DNA of 63,327 bases, filler included, from Ionaspis alba (Eukaryota): assembly GCA_964255285.1 (NCBI GenBank). It is 16 parts of 16 records of this genome, joined end to end, with 100 filler letters (N's around TTAATTAATTAA, not from the genome) between each part and the next. Parts side by side here need not be neighbours in the genome. Positions count along the whole stretch, not along the records: positions 24,038 to 27,918 come from CAXUUL010001162.1; positions 28,019 to 31,894 come from CAXUUL010001163.1; positions 31,995 to 35,868 come from CAXUUL010001164.1; positions 35,969 to 39,841 come from CAXUUL010001165.1; 12 more parts are not named here. One strand, written 5' to 3'. Shown here in pieces: positions 25,075 to 37,408 of the stretch. Positions within the stretch are counted from its first letter, which is position 1; every line of letters begins with the position of its first letter. The notes under the pieces were generated by a model. That model saw only the letters and a list, made by a program, of their open reading frames with translations, ran no database searches and was not told where the DNA came from. The position numbers were made by a program, and so were the translations under genes.

Positions 25075-26234
25075 ATGACAGATTTCCTCGAACATGAGCA
25101 ACCCTTCCGCCCAGCGAAGCGGCGTAAACTATATCGCAAGCGTGACGACGACGATACTACGGCCGGCCAATCGACCTTAGAGGTTGTAGACCTATCACCG
25201 AACTCGCAAACAATCGAAGAGCTGTTGAGCACTGAGGGTGGCGTACAAGATCCCACAGATGGCGCAGAAGCTTCAGAGGTCTCAGTGGCCGCCATTATAC
25301 GGCAACGCAAAGCTGCGCAACGGAGACGAGGAGGCATCGAGTTCACAAATTCTACCACTTCTACGTCCAGATCTCTTCCAGCTATGCATCAACTCAGCAA
25401 AGCTCTTGTGGGGAAAGATGATATGCTGGCAGACATTGACGCAGTCGTCAATCGCTTTGCGCCGCAGACCGGCCAGGTAGCAGATGTCGACAGACATATG
25501 TACGTCAACCCAACATTGTACCTTACGCACTTCCTGATACAGCCACTAACGTGTTAAGGATGGCCTACATAGACACCGAATTGGCTAAACGTCGTCAAGG
25601 CCAGGATGAAGGCTCGCTTTCAAGTAGTGGGTACGACATAGATGGACTTGAGGGTCCGTCTTCCACAGAACACGCGGTACACCGCCAACCGGCAGCATTA
25701 GGGAAGCTTCACGAGATTGACTTGGGGCCGGATGCCACCTTGAGAAATATTGCGCGGACTGAAGCAGCAAAGAAGAAGCTTGAGGGCGGCCTTGAGGAGC
25801 CGGTAGAAGAGACTGGGAAAATTCGATTGAGAAAAGATGGCAAGCCATACAGGGGCAGGAGACGGAGAAACAGTGATGATGTGAAGAGGGACCGGCTCGT
25901 CGAGGAAGTGCTCAGAGAAAGCAGACGTATGTCAGCTGGTAGGGGCTACGGATTCGCGCTAACGATATACATAGTGGAGATCTACGACGAACCAGACGCG
26001 GATGGAAAGGGAGGAAATGACGACCAAGCCGCGGACGACCGACTTGCCGAACAATTCAGACGCGAGTTCATGGACGCTGTCCAATCACGGCGCCAAAAGA
26101 CCGGACCAGCGACTGCGACCAAACCAGTGAAGGGGGCTAAGGTAGATGATAAGCCCAAAGGGCCTAAGTTGGGTGGCAGTCGAAGTGCACGTGCGGCAAT
26201 GAGGGAGCAGCAGGAGAAAGCCTTGAAGAAGTAG
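25075..26234 (+). CDS. Tls1/C9orf78 (Hep59-domain) splicing-associated protein; 3 exons
   Basis: RRRGGIEF, NRFAPQTGQVADVDRHM|MAYIDTELAKRR, GKLHEIDLG, AADDRLAEQFRREF. Confidence 0.78.
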
Positions 26235-26505
26235 AAGCTTCGATCCTCGTCTCAATGCTTAGACTCAGCTCGCAAAAGACTATCTGCCGTTGAAGTGATT
26301 CTAGCCCTTTCGAACTGTTCTCTCGGTGTATTTGATATCGAGAGCAATATCAGCAATTTCGGTAGATGTCTTCTCTATCCAGATAGTTTCAAGATAGGTA
26401 AAGCCACTTTGTTTGGCATGACATAAAGATATCCACTCAATGGGTTGGCCGTGCATAAGGGCAAGGCTAGGACCTAATTCTACGCTAGCACATGTTAGCT
26501 GCAGG

Positions 26506-26520
26506 TCGCGTCGAACGCGC
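26506..26520. promoter_or_regulatory. Tandem MCB-like (CGCG-core) elements upstream of ung1
   Basis: TCGCGT (26506-26511) and ACGCGC (26515-26520) lie about 140 bp upstream of the ATG. Confidence 0.35.
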
Positions 26521-26656
26521 TCTCGATACTCGTCTTGATCTTCGTGTCACACTATTACAGCATCGGCATTAATTACGGTCATATACTCGCCATTGCCATT
26601 GGCTGACCCGCTACTAATTGCCGCAGACATCAATTTGAGGGAAGAAGACTACAATC

Positions 26657-27918
26657 ATGTCGAACAGCCTCAAACGCAAAGCAGCCGATCTAGCTGCAGC
26701 TGATGCAAAGAAACCCAAAGCCAATGCCAACATAGCATCATTCTTCGGTGCGCCAAAGGCTACAGCTAAAGGGCCTGGAAATGCTGGAACAGCTCAAGCA
26801 CCTACCATCAAGTTTGACAAAGAGAAATGGGTCTCGAAGCTCACGGCAGAGCAGAAAGACCTCCTAAAACTTGAAATACAGACATTGCATGAGAGCTGGC
26901 TGGCGCATCTGAAAGATGAGGTCCTGACGGAGAAGTTCTTGAATCTAAAGAGGTTCTTGAAGAAGGAGAGGGAAGATGGCAAGACGATTTTCCCACCCTT
27001 AGGAGATGTCTACTCTTGGTAAAGTTTCCAGACTGCCCATCCCCAAGAAATCTTCTAATCAAATCTGTATCAGGTCAAGACATACTCCTCTCCACACCGT
27101 CAAAGCTGTCATTCTAGGCCAAGACCCTTATCACAACGTCAATCAAGCTCACGGCCTTTGCTTCTCCGTTCGGCCCCCAACGCCCGCCCCGCCTTCTCTC
27201 AAGAACATGTACATTGCCATCAAGAAAGATTATCCGTCCTTCGCACCACCACCTGATAAAGGAGGTCTCCTTACGCCATGGGCAGATCGCGGAGTTCTGA
27301 TGCTCAACACCTGTCTTACTGTCCGAGCACATCAGGCGAATAGCCATGCGAATCAAGGTTGGGAACAGTTTACACAGAAGGTCATCGATACCGTCGCGAA
27401 GGTTAGGACTAAAGGCGTTGTCTTCTTGGCATGGGGTACTCCAGCGAAGAAGAGAGTTGCAAAGGTCGATAGTGTCAAGCACTGCATCTTGCAGAGCGTG
27501 CACCCTAGCCCTTTGAGTGCCTCAAATGGATTTGTAAGTCGTGCCATGAAGATTGATCTTGGATTGGAAATTGACAATACCACGTTATAGTTCGATTGCG
27601 GTCACTTCAAAAAGACGAACGCTTGGTTGAAAGAGAGATACGGTGCTGGGGAAGAGATTGATTGGAACCTCGATGCCTCTGCCGTCACAAAGACGGAGTC
27701 AGCGAGGAGTGATGTTCCTACCGACCCGATTCTGATAGGGCCAGAAGATGAGGCTGCTTTGCTCGAAGCTGCAGAGCACTCAGAACATGATATCTCCGCT
27801 GCTGAGGTTATCAAAGATTCGGATCTCAACGAGAAAGGACTCAAGGCTGCCGAGATCTTGGATTCTGAAATTGCTGCTACCAATACCAGTGATGGTACAG
27901 AAGTTGAGGCTCCTGATA
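26657..27918 (+). CDS. ung1: Uracil-DNA glycosylase (family 1); 3 exons, acidic tail truncated
   Basis: IFPPLGDVYSW, VILGQDPYH, QAHGLCFSV, GVLMLNTCLTVR, SVHPSPLSA. Confidence 0.96.
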
Positions 27919-28018
27919 NNNNNNNNNNNNNNNNNNNNNNNNNNNNNNNNNNNNNNNNNNNNTTAATTAATTAANNNNNNNNNNNNNNNNNNNNNNNNNN
28001 NNNNNNNNNNNNNNNNNN

Positions 28019-28291
28019 GCTGCGCTTGCTCTGGTGGCGGAAGGAGAGTGTGATTATCTCCTTTGGCCACTCGGGTGAGAGGGGGGAGGGTGGAGGGACT
28101 AGAGCGTTCTTGCGCCCGGAGTCTGGATCTCGGCTTGGCATTGGGAGGGCGGAGGTGTCGATGGGGGAGACCGGCTCCGCGGGTGTGCTTGGCTTGGAGG
28201 ACAGGGGCGAGGAAGAGGAGGAGGATGAGGGGAAGGTGAAGATAGCGTCTCTGGTGCGGCGGCGAGGACGGCGGCAGCGGCAGCGGGCCAT
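28019..28291 (-). CDS. Hypothetical protein, 5' fragment (MARCRCRRPRRRTR..., Ser/Pro-rich)
   Basis: Open frame from ATG 28291 to the contig end, with a TATA-like TATATAA ~150 bp upstream; no family recognised. Confidence 0.4.
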
Positions 28292-28508
28292 GGGTGCTAA
28301 AGGGGCTTTGGACCTGCCTGGGTGGATGTGGGTTGATAGGGGTGAATTTAGGGCTGGTTTGAATTGGTGGATGAGTCGTGCAAGAAGCTGTTGAACGCGA
28401 CTGAGGGGGGAAGTTTGGTTTGAGGGGAGGATGAACGACTTATATAATGTTGAGGGGAGAGGGTGTTTGATTGTTCGTCCAGGTTGTAATATTGTCGTAA
28501 GAAACTGG

Positions 28509-28660
28509 ACAAAGACATTGTTGCTAGGATATAAAGACATCGAGGTTCAATACACAATGACATTGTCTGATCGTGGATCGTTCTTGTCTAGTGGCACAAA
28601 GACATTGTCAGATCGAGCAGCACGGGAAAGGAGCAGTCCATTGTAATCCAATGACATTGT
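28509..28660. promoter_or_regulatory. Cluster of 13-bp pseudo-palindromes MCAAWG-A-CATTGT (paired HMG-box-type sites)
   Basis: ACAAAGACATTGT at 28509 and 28596, ACAATGACATTGT at 28554, CCAATGACATTGT at 28648, degenerate ATAAAGACATCGA at 28531. Confidence 0.6.
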
Positions 28661-28831
28661 TTAATCTGGCTCTGGGAGTTAGGGTTGACATCGTCCCATG
28701 TGAACTGCACACCAGTATGCCCGAAGTTACGAAGCAACATGATTTTCCGGGAAATGATTTCTGTACACTATCCCAGCAATTGCATGACCTGATTGACTGA
28801 TCCTATCCGTTTCACAATCGCTCTGATCGAC

Positions 28832-29197
28832 TCAATGACCTTTCTATAAGCTAATTAGTATATCGTCCTGGACCATTACTAGAACAGGAAAATCTTTTAC
28901 CCCTCCACGCTCATCATTCATTCCAATAACAGGGCCTGGCGCCTCGGGATGGTCCTTCTTTGCTCTTTCATTGTTGTTCCCTTGATCTTTTTCACTCGCA
29001 GCGGAGTCTTGTTCCTCTGTCCGAGCTCTTTTCCCCGATTTTGAAGCGGATGACTGAATGTTTAGCTCATCTTTCCGATTCGTGATGTGCTCTTCTGGCT
29101 GACGACCTTCCCATGCTCCTGATAATGCGGGGCGAGTAGTCGAGAGAAAGCGGGTGGATGTTGGGAGGCTGAGGACAAAGCGGCGAAGGTGAGACAT
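28832..29197 (-). CDS. Small hydrophilic hypothetical protein with a mitochondrial presequence-like N-terminus; 2 exons
   Basis: MSHLRRFVLSLPTSTRFLSTT presequence; KDHPEAPGPVIGMNDERGG; a GT...CTAAT...TAG intron (~28844-28899) is followed by KGH-stop. Confidence 0.7.
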
Positions 29198-29743
29198 TGT
29201 GATTGTTGGGCGAAGAGACTTGGAGGTTGTGAGAAGAGATCAGTCAAGACTGCTGGGTCGAACTTATTACCAAATAACGGTTCAATGGCTCGTGAACAAT
29301 TCGGTGATGTCGTTATTTACAGCACTACTGCATGACATCACTTTCGGAAAGCCTAATTAAGCGAAATCTGGGGTAAGTCAAGGATTATGTTTGTTCTATC
29401 TGGATCGCCAATCAACGGCGCGTTTCCTTTCAACAAACATCATTCTCAACGTTCATCCTTTTCTGCGTTCACATCCATTGTCCATTATTTAGTCACACTG
29501 GATACATCACGTTCAAGCAACTTCAAGATAGTGATGCCACCCCGCAGGCGGGAATGCTTTTGACTCTTATACCAACGCTTCTGATAAATACTATTCGTAA
29601 GACTATTGTCTAACCAGTGTTCATTTGTTGTGTTCTGCAACGTGAATGAGCAACGTTTGTGCCTTTCGCTTGTCAAAGTTCTGTAGTACTTCATTGGATT
29701 CTGTGCGACTGCTGGATGCTCGAACATTAGCTCCTCATCTTAG

Positions 29744-31452
29744 ATGATGCACCGGGAGACATTACCAATAAGCACTCTCCCAGCTTGGGAAAGGCTCACC
29801 AATGTCGAATTAACTGGCATCAAGATATCGTCCACGGAGAATGGCAGAGGTTCAGGCATATATGCTACCACAGATCTCAGTAAGGAGAGTACCATCCTCA
29901 TGACGGTACCAAGAGAGCTTGTTCTATCATTGGAGACAATCTGGGAATACGCCAAAGCTGATCACCATCTACATGATGTTCTCGAAGCGGTCGGAGAGTT
30001 TGGAAGAGTAAGGCTCAAATGGATCCAAGTGCCGAGCCCTGCTAATCTACAAGTGATAGACAGCAAGAGGGGCGATCCTGATCTTCCTGCTCATTCAGAT
30101 AACGTCCAGTGCGTCAGATGTGCCAACCAGGATAGGAAACTCCAACCCGTGGACTGAGTATGCCAAGTACCTGCCTTCTGAGTTCTTTTTGCCAACTTTT
30201 TGGAACGGATCTGAAACACGGTTGCTCGAAGGGACATCCTTAGAAGCAGCGCTCGAGGGAAAGTTGCAAAGCTTGGATCGTGAATTCACTCATCTTCGAG
30301 AGTCAACTAATTCAATCGAGTGGTGCCGATACTGGTGGGATCAGGAGGTTGGCCGTCTCACATTTGACGACTGGAAGTTGGTCGATGCCATGTACAGGTC
30401 CCGAGCCATGGATCTGCCAGGTACAGGGCTCGCTCTTGTCCCTTGCATGGACATGGCGAATCACGCCTCGGGAGATGATTGCTGCGCACTATATGAGACA
30501 GATGAAGAAGGAAATGCTACGCTCGCACTTTTGCCTGGCCAGTCTATCAAGACTGGTGAAGAAATTACGATATCATATGGAGACGACAAAGGTGCATGCG
30601 AAATGCTTTTCTCATATGGCTTTCTTCCTGATGGAATGGAGAATGCTTACTCAATCTTTCTTGACCTTGCCATACCGAATGACGATCCCTTAAAATTGGC
30701 AAAGAGAGCTGCATTCGATGTCGCTCCAGGCTTTCGGATCTACATGTACCAAGGCGCTACCACCTGGCTTGGACCGTATGTCTGGCTACAATGTATCAAT
30801 GAAGAGGATGGATTAGAGTTTCGAGTCTTGCAGAGCAATGATGGAGAAAATGAGCTGAGTGTCACTTGGAAAGGGAAAACTCTCCGTGATATACTTGATC
30901 TGGAGAATTGCATCAAGAACGATAGATCGTTTACTCTGTTTCAGCTTCGTGCCGTCACCGTGCTACAGCAACGCATCCAAGACCAGTTATCGAAGCTGCA
31001 TGCCACCAGGCAGGAGTTTAGGAAATCCACGGAGAATGGATCATACGAACGAAGACCACGGATAGTAGAATACGCATCAAAGTTGTCGGATCTGGAAGAT
31101 AAATTGTTAGATAGAGCTATCAAGGACTTCGATGATCTGGTAAATCTCTTTCAAAGTCGGTCAGAAAGCAGTGCTAACAAGCTTCGATCACTAGCAAGTT
31201 CATCTCTACAACACAGATGCTGTTAAACAGTTCTTGGATCCAGAACAATTCGCCGAGGCGACCATCACACGTGTAACAGACGACTACGACGATGATTCGT
31301 TCGACCCAAGAATCCATAAAGGCCACAGCCACAATAGTGAGGAGATCAATGGACTCAGCGGCGATGACCAGATCAATAGCGATCGCACTGAAAATGACCA
31401 GGACCACCAAGACCAGGATCATGATGACCCTGACGCCGAAGATTTCACTTGA
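29744..31452 (+). CDS. SET-domain protein lysine methyltransferase (Rubisco-LSMT/SETD3/Rkm-like); 3 exons
   Basis: GRGSGIYAT, LVPCMDMANH, GEEITISYG, EMLFSYGF; an intron at 31140-31194 joins the acidic last exon ending at 31452. Confidence 0.88.
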
Positions 31453-32443
31453 TATATTGAAGCCTTGAGCCATTGGTACCTGTAGATATTAATCTTCGAA
31501 ATTCCATTGTTACAAATTCTATCCATGTGGCTGTTATAGCATAGCGCTTTGATTGTCCGGACGTTTAAACAAGAATAGGGTTACTGCAGCCAAGGCGGTT
31601 CACCCCGGCAGTGACGCTGGTGTCTGATAGATCCAGCGTTTCGCCATTCTGTACAGTTTGGTGCCCTTGAATTAAAATTGTTTCGATATATGTTATACTC
31701 ATTACAGGTGTACACTTGCTTTACAAAGTTAATATTGTAATATTGGACTTGCACCAATCACCCTTTTGAGTTTAATCGTCTTAGACTGACGAAAAACGTG
31801 CTTGCTCAATAAGATCTCTGTCTTAATTCGATTGTTATGACAACGAAGGATCATCTTCGTTTGTAATTTCCCAGATAATTGAACTTTGTTTTATNNNNNN
31901 NNNNNNNNNNNNNNNNNNNNNNNNNNNNNNNNNNNNNNTTAATTAATTAANNNNNNNNNNNNNNNNNNNNNNNNNNNNNNNNNNNNNNNNNNNNATTATT
32001 CTCCCTGACAAAGAATCATTGTCCGTGGCGAGATGAATAAGTAAAGAATGAGTGGCTCAGTGGCAAGACCTTGGATTATATATCACCATTTACTTGAGAC
32101 GTCGTATGGTGTTTTTACCCAGTCAATATACGCAATACGGGATGATATGTCTCATAGGCACTACTAATACTCATCTTCTGGCGATATGCCCTACAGACAT
32201 TCTCCTGCTGACGTGGGTGGGTAGATGTGCATACAGCGACCTGACCGCCTGCTCTTACCGTCCATTCGTTGTGCATAATAAGTTGTGGATCGAGAGGAGA
32301 GGACGATGTGCTCACTCATGTAGTGGATTGAATGCAGGACAGTTGAGAGAGCATCGTTGCAGAAGCGAGGGATGCATTGTGCATCTGATTCTTGCTGCAC
32401 GGGTAGGGCGAACCGGGCAAGTCAATCGCCTCGTCGATACTCT

Positions 32444-32470
32444 TGCTGCTGTTGCTGCTGCTGCTGCTGC
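32444..32470. repeat. (TGC)n microsatellite with one interruption
   Basis: tgctgctgttgctgctgctgctgctgc. Confidence 0.85.
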
Positions 32471-35173
32471 AAGAAGGTGCAGGGCGTGTCCTTCCCGACA
32501 AGAGATCATCTGATTGGTGTCTTGGTGCCATCGATCCGCTCTCTTACCCGATCCGGCCAAAGTTGAGGCATTAAATTCCACCACCTGGCTTGCCTCGTCA
32601 CAGTTTCCGTGGGATGTTTGCAACTTAGTCTCAACTCTAGTAGACTGCCCTTTTCATATCTTGTGTATCAGCTCCGCAACCGGCACCTCGAACATCTGAA
32701 TCCTTGAATCAGACTGACAGCAGAAATTAATACGGACAAATACGACGGCCTCAAGAGACAAGACCGCAAGGCAAATGCAATGGGTGTCTCGTTTGATGCA
32801 ATGCCATTCCATGACACGAATAACGAAAGCGGCCCGATTGCAACGTTCCGGAGGAGTTCTGGAATGTTGCTCTCATGGTCAGGCGTGAAGCCCCTTCTAA
32901 GCACCAGGGTTGTCCTTTTCCGCCCCGAGCGTAGCCTTTGTCCTCGGCGCTCCGAGGGCAGAAATTCTGATCCTCGAGGCATGATAGCGGACTCGTCAGG
33001 TGTTGAGCTACGCTCGAGAATAGCCAAGTTCTGGAGTAGCCGACGCAATTTCTCCCCCCAATGGCTCCGTGAAGATTCTCTCGCTCGAAGCCGTCGCCGG
33101 CCTGCATGTGCATCCATACCGTTCCTGCTGCATGGTCGCACTGTCTGGGCACGAATCATCGTCGAGCCGACGCCGCACTGTGTCTCCCACCGAACGGCAT
33201 AACTCGTTCGAGCAGGTCGAGGAGGCTCGAGCGTAAAGGACTTTTCCGATAAATCTATCGCGACGTCCATTGTCTTGATGCTGATAACGTACCCCCAACA
33301 CATAGGCTCCACGAAAGATATTGTTGATGGATCGACGTTGACTTCATTTCCATTTCACCCTCGATGATAGAGGCTCATCGAGTGGACCCAACAAGAATCC
33401 AGCAGGAATTAGTACCTGCATTTCTTGGAAAATTGCTGACATGCACAATGATGTCCTGAGGTGGAGCACGCCGAGAGACGAAGCTTGTGCGACGTTCACC
33501 GACGAGTCTCAGCACCAAGAGCCTCTACCAAGGCCATGAGTACCTGGCCCCATGAAGAATCACCGATCTTGGGCGACGAAGGATCATCTTGCAACAATAG
33601 AGTGGCGGCGATGACCACAGCTCTCGACACAGACCACTTTGCGCAATCTCATGCAAATCATCCGATTGTCATTCGTTCCGCCTCCACACTCTCATATTCG
33701 AAGCCTGATCCTAAGTTACCAGTGGTAGCAGCTGCTAGTCTTATCTCCAACCTCGCTAAGAAGGCAGAAGGACAGTCAGTGCAGAAGCTGTGAGTGGGCG
33801 AGTTGTGCAAACGATAATCTACCCCTCCATGTCCTCCATCCCCCGCCATTTCATCATCATCAATGCCCCGAGACCGAGATCATCCCCCCTTTTCGCCTAG
33901 CCCTGCGACGCCCTGTAACCAGCCCGCAGACATATCAGATGCTTCGAGGACATGCAGCTTACCTCTAGCTCCGATCTATGCGTCCGACTAGAGTCTTCCA
34001 GAAGCACTAGAACATCGTCTGTTATGCGCCAACCATTTTGGCGCATTACAGTTCGAGCTTCAATGTCATCAATGAATGGTACGTTTCACGAAGCAATGGC
34101 CAAGCCTAACATGAGTACACGCGCATAGCTCTTAGTCGTAGCGTTCCTCATGGATCATCAGTCAGTGGAAGTAAATGTGGACTTGAATCACACTCGGTCC
34201 ATCCGAGTCACGTAAGAGCAATACTTGGCACGTGAGAAGGATTACCAATAATATCAGCGAATCGCTCTCTTGAGTTGGATCAGTAATTCTGCGAATAAGC
34301 TCTGAAGGAATTACAGATGAATGTCCCCCCTCCACCAATATCAGATCCCCTGTTCCTCGATCCTTCGCCTGGCTAGCAAGCCTGGTCGAGAACGACCAAG
34401 ACACGAGATCTGACATGTAGATCCACCAGTATGTACAGAACAGAGGATTTTCACGAGTATCAGTTAAGGATTGATCGAAAGAGTATTGACGGAAGGGAGA
34501 CAGGCAGCAGCACCAAATCATTGCTCAGGCTGTCGAGCGTGGCCCTGCCTGAATAATAATGACTTAAATGTCATTAATAGAGAGATGTAAATTAAAAGAG
34601 GTTTCCTTCTGAAACTTGGTATAGTTTGAGGTAGAAATGAGACACATTGAAACGTAAGGCTTTCTTCACAAGAAATAGACACAGCACCAGAGACATCATT
34701 GCTGAGCAGATCGAACCTCGAATCATTCTTTCACAGTCTTGTATTCGACATTTCACTACATTTTTGATGGACACCACGCAGCGATCATGCTCGTATATTC
34801 TCTCGAGAAACAGCAGAAGGAGAGAAAGCCATGGGAGGCATATGCCTCGACTATCGCTCCACCTTTCCCTCTAACCCATTCCAGGCTCGCTAAAACCTTC
34901 CCAGTAATCCCCTAACAATTTCTCCCTCACTCTGATGCACGATCTGTAACACGACATCCTCGCAAACGGGAATCCCACGCTGCACGCATCCTTCAATCCT
35001 CCCCCCGCCAAGTCCCATAAAGTCCCTATACATACGATCACACAAAAAAACAAAAACAAAGAAAAAAGCTGGGCTTATGCAACAACCAACTCCTGCACCA
35101 ATCAGCCTCCCAGTTCCCAAGCCTTAGCATCTTGGCAAGCAACGCAATCACTCAGACCCTACCCTCACCAGCC

Positions 35174-35868
35174 ATGCGTGACAACTCCTCCTCCTCCAGC
35201 AGTCCTACTCGGCCCCTTCCAAACCACGAAGCCGCAAGTCTCTACAACGCCGGCTACTCCCTCCACGACCTCCAACGCCTCGCAGCTCGTCAGCGGCGTC
35301 CATCAGCGCAATCCATGAGCCCGTCGCCACCACCACTGAGCAGGACCAATACGCCTCGATACGCGTCCCAAGCAACAGCATTCGAGCGGTATCGGGACGA
35401 CAGTGCGGAGGACGAAAAGAGCTGGAAGGATTCGCCAACAATTACGGACAGTGGGTGGACGAGTGGGGACGAAGAGGATATAGTAATGGAGAAAGCGTTC
35501 GGACACCCGGCCTGGAAAGGGCGGCCGAATCGGCAGGATGCGTCAAGAGCGCGGAGGCCGTTGATCGAGCTCGTGAAGAACGAGTGGACGCGGCCGGTGC
35601 AGAGGGGTATACTCTCGCCGTCGCCGGAGCGGCGAGGCGGGCGGTGGGGAAGAGCTAGCCTGGGGAGGAGGATGAGACGGCATGCGATTTACTATGTTTT
35701 GCTACTGGGGTTGGGCTGGTTTGTGTGGGCGGGCTGGTTGGCGCCGATGTATGAACGGCAGGCGAGGATGGTGGAGTCGTTGAGGGCGAAGATGGAGACG
35801 GGGGAGGGATGGTTTGGGGCGAATATGAGGCCGAGGTTTGAGGGGATGGTGCAGGTGAGGGAGTTGGA
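35174..35868 (+). CDS. Type II membrane protein N-terminus, probably a Ppn2-like calcineurin-type metallophosphoesterase; 3' truncated
   Basis: Disordered N-terminus, basic patch plus one TM helix (IYYVLLLGLGWFVW), then GWFGANMRPRFEGMVQVREL, which I recall preceding the GDVHG domain in fungal homologs; the catalytic part is missing. Confidence 0.5.
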
Positions 35869-35968
35869 NNNNNNNNNNNNNNNNNNNNNNNNNNNNNNNN
35901 NNNNNNNNNNNNTTAATTAATTAANNNNNNNNNNNNNNNNNNNNNNNNNNNNNNNNNNNNNNNNNNNN

Positions 35969-37408
35969 ATAGACACCGGTGGGCGCCATGGGATTCGGAG
36001 AAGGCATATCGAGATTCGAGGGCGGGGAGGCGTGGTGGGTTGTTGAGGGGCAGAAGTGGAGGTTGTGTTTTGGTTTGGTGGCATGGTTGGAGGGGCGCGA
36101 CGAGGGGTGGTATTTGGAGTGGAGGGGGGGAGCGGCGGCGGAGGAATGGACGGTTGAGCCTGAGAAGTTGGAAGATAGGGGTGAGGTGTTGGTTATTGCG
36201 AGATCGGTGATGTCGTCGTCGTCGTCGTCTTCGATGGTGGGGTCGCGGAGGCGGCGGCGGGAGGAAGGTTGGAAGACGGCGGCGGGGTTAGTGAAGGCGT
36301 TGACTTGGTCGTCGGGGATGCTGCTGGCGTGCTCGATGTGTTGGGGTTCGAGGACGGCTTTGCGGTCCAGGGCTGGGACCCATTTGGGCTTGTGGGGTTG
36401 AGCGGTTGAGAAGGAGGACCAGGTTGCGTCTGTGTTGGCGGAATTGGTGCGTTGGAGGGCTAGGGCGTGAGAGGAGGATGGGAATGAAGGGGTGGAGGGT
36501 TTGGATTTGGGCTTGTTGGCCGAGGTGTGGTTGCTGTCGTGGGAGCGGCGGGGGAGGTAGCGTCCGATGTAGCTGATGGATTTGGAGCGACCTTTGGGTT
36601 CTTGCATGGCGTTTTCTTCGCGGACGGTGAGTTTTGTGGCGTTGGCGACGGAGGAGTTGGCGAGGCTCATGAGCTGGTTCAGGATGCCGAATTCGAGCTT
36701 GAGCTTGACGCTGTAGACCATGGATTTCAGCGTCGCTTCGATTTGGTAGAAGTCTTGGTATTCCATGATCAGAAGGATGAGGTCCATAACGATGATTATG
36801 ACGTTTATCCAAATGAGTTGCATCATTACTCTGCGTGTGCGGCCGTGGTAGACGGGGCGTAAGAGGCGGACCGTCGACCAGACGTAGATACCCGAGATGA
36901 TGAATTCTTGGAAGCAGAAGACGGTCATTTGGATTTTCTCGACATAATTGAAGATCCTCGTATAGGTGGTCGGATTGTTGGAATTATTGCCATAGGTGAG
37001 GACGGTGGTTGGGATGTGGAAGAGTATGGCATCGGTGATAATCATGATCAACACCCCTCGCAGGATCTTCTGTTCTCGGACCACCAAATGCAATCGCGAG
37101 TACAACACAACTGCCTGGCCGGTGACCATGGACCACCATCCTATGGTAATGAGCGTCACGGCGAAGTAAGGGTTGGTCACTTGAAAGAACTTGAGGACGA
37201 AACCCAAGGCGTGAAGGACGCAACCGTAGCTGGAGATGAGAAGAGACCAGAAATAGAGACCCCGGTGTCGTTTGAAGGTCATGAATACCTGGATGTTGAG
37301 TTCGATGACATTGTACCAGGCGACTGCTGTGAAAGCGGAGATGGTCATAACCACCGCACGGTCAAACCCGATGGCAGTATCGGTTATACCATCACCCTTC
37401 GACGCCAT
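35969..37408 (-). CDS. Fungal multi-pass integral membrane protein (DUF7703-type) with a long Ser/Pro-rich tail; 3' truncated
   Basis: About seven hydrophobic helices; TFKRHRGLYFWSLL, TGQAVVLYSRLHLV, EKIQMTVFCFQE, YSVKLKLEF. Confidence 0.8.
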
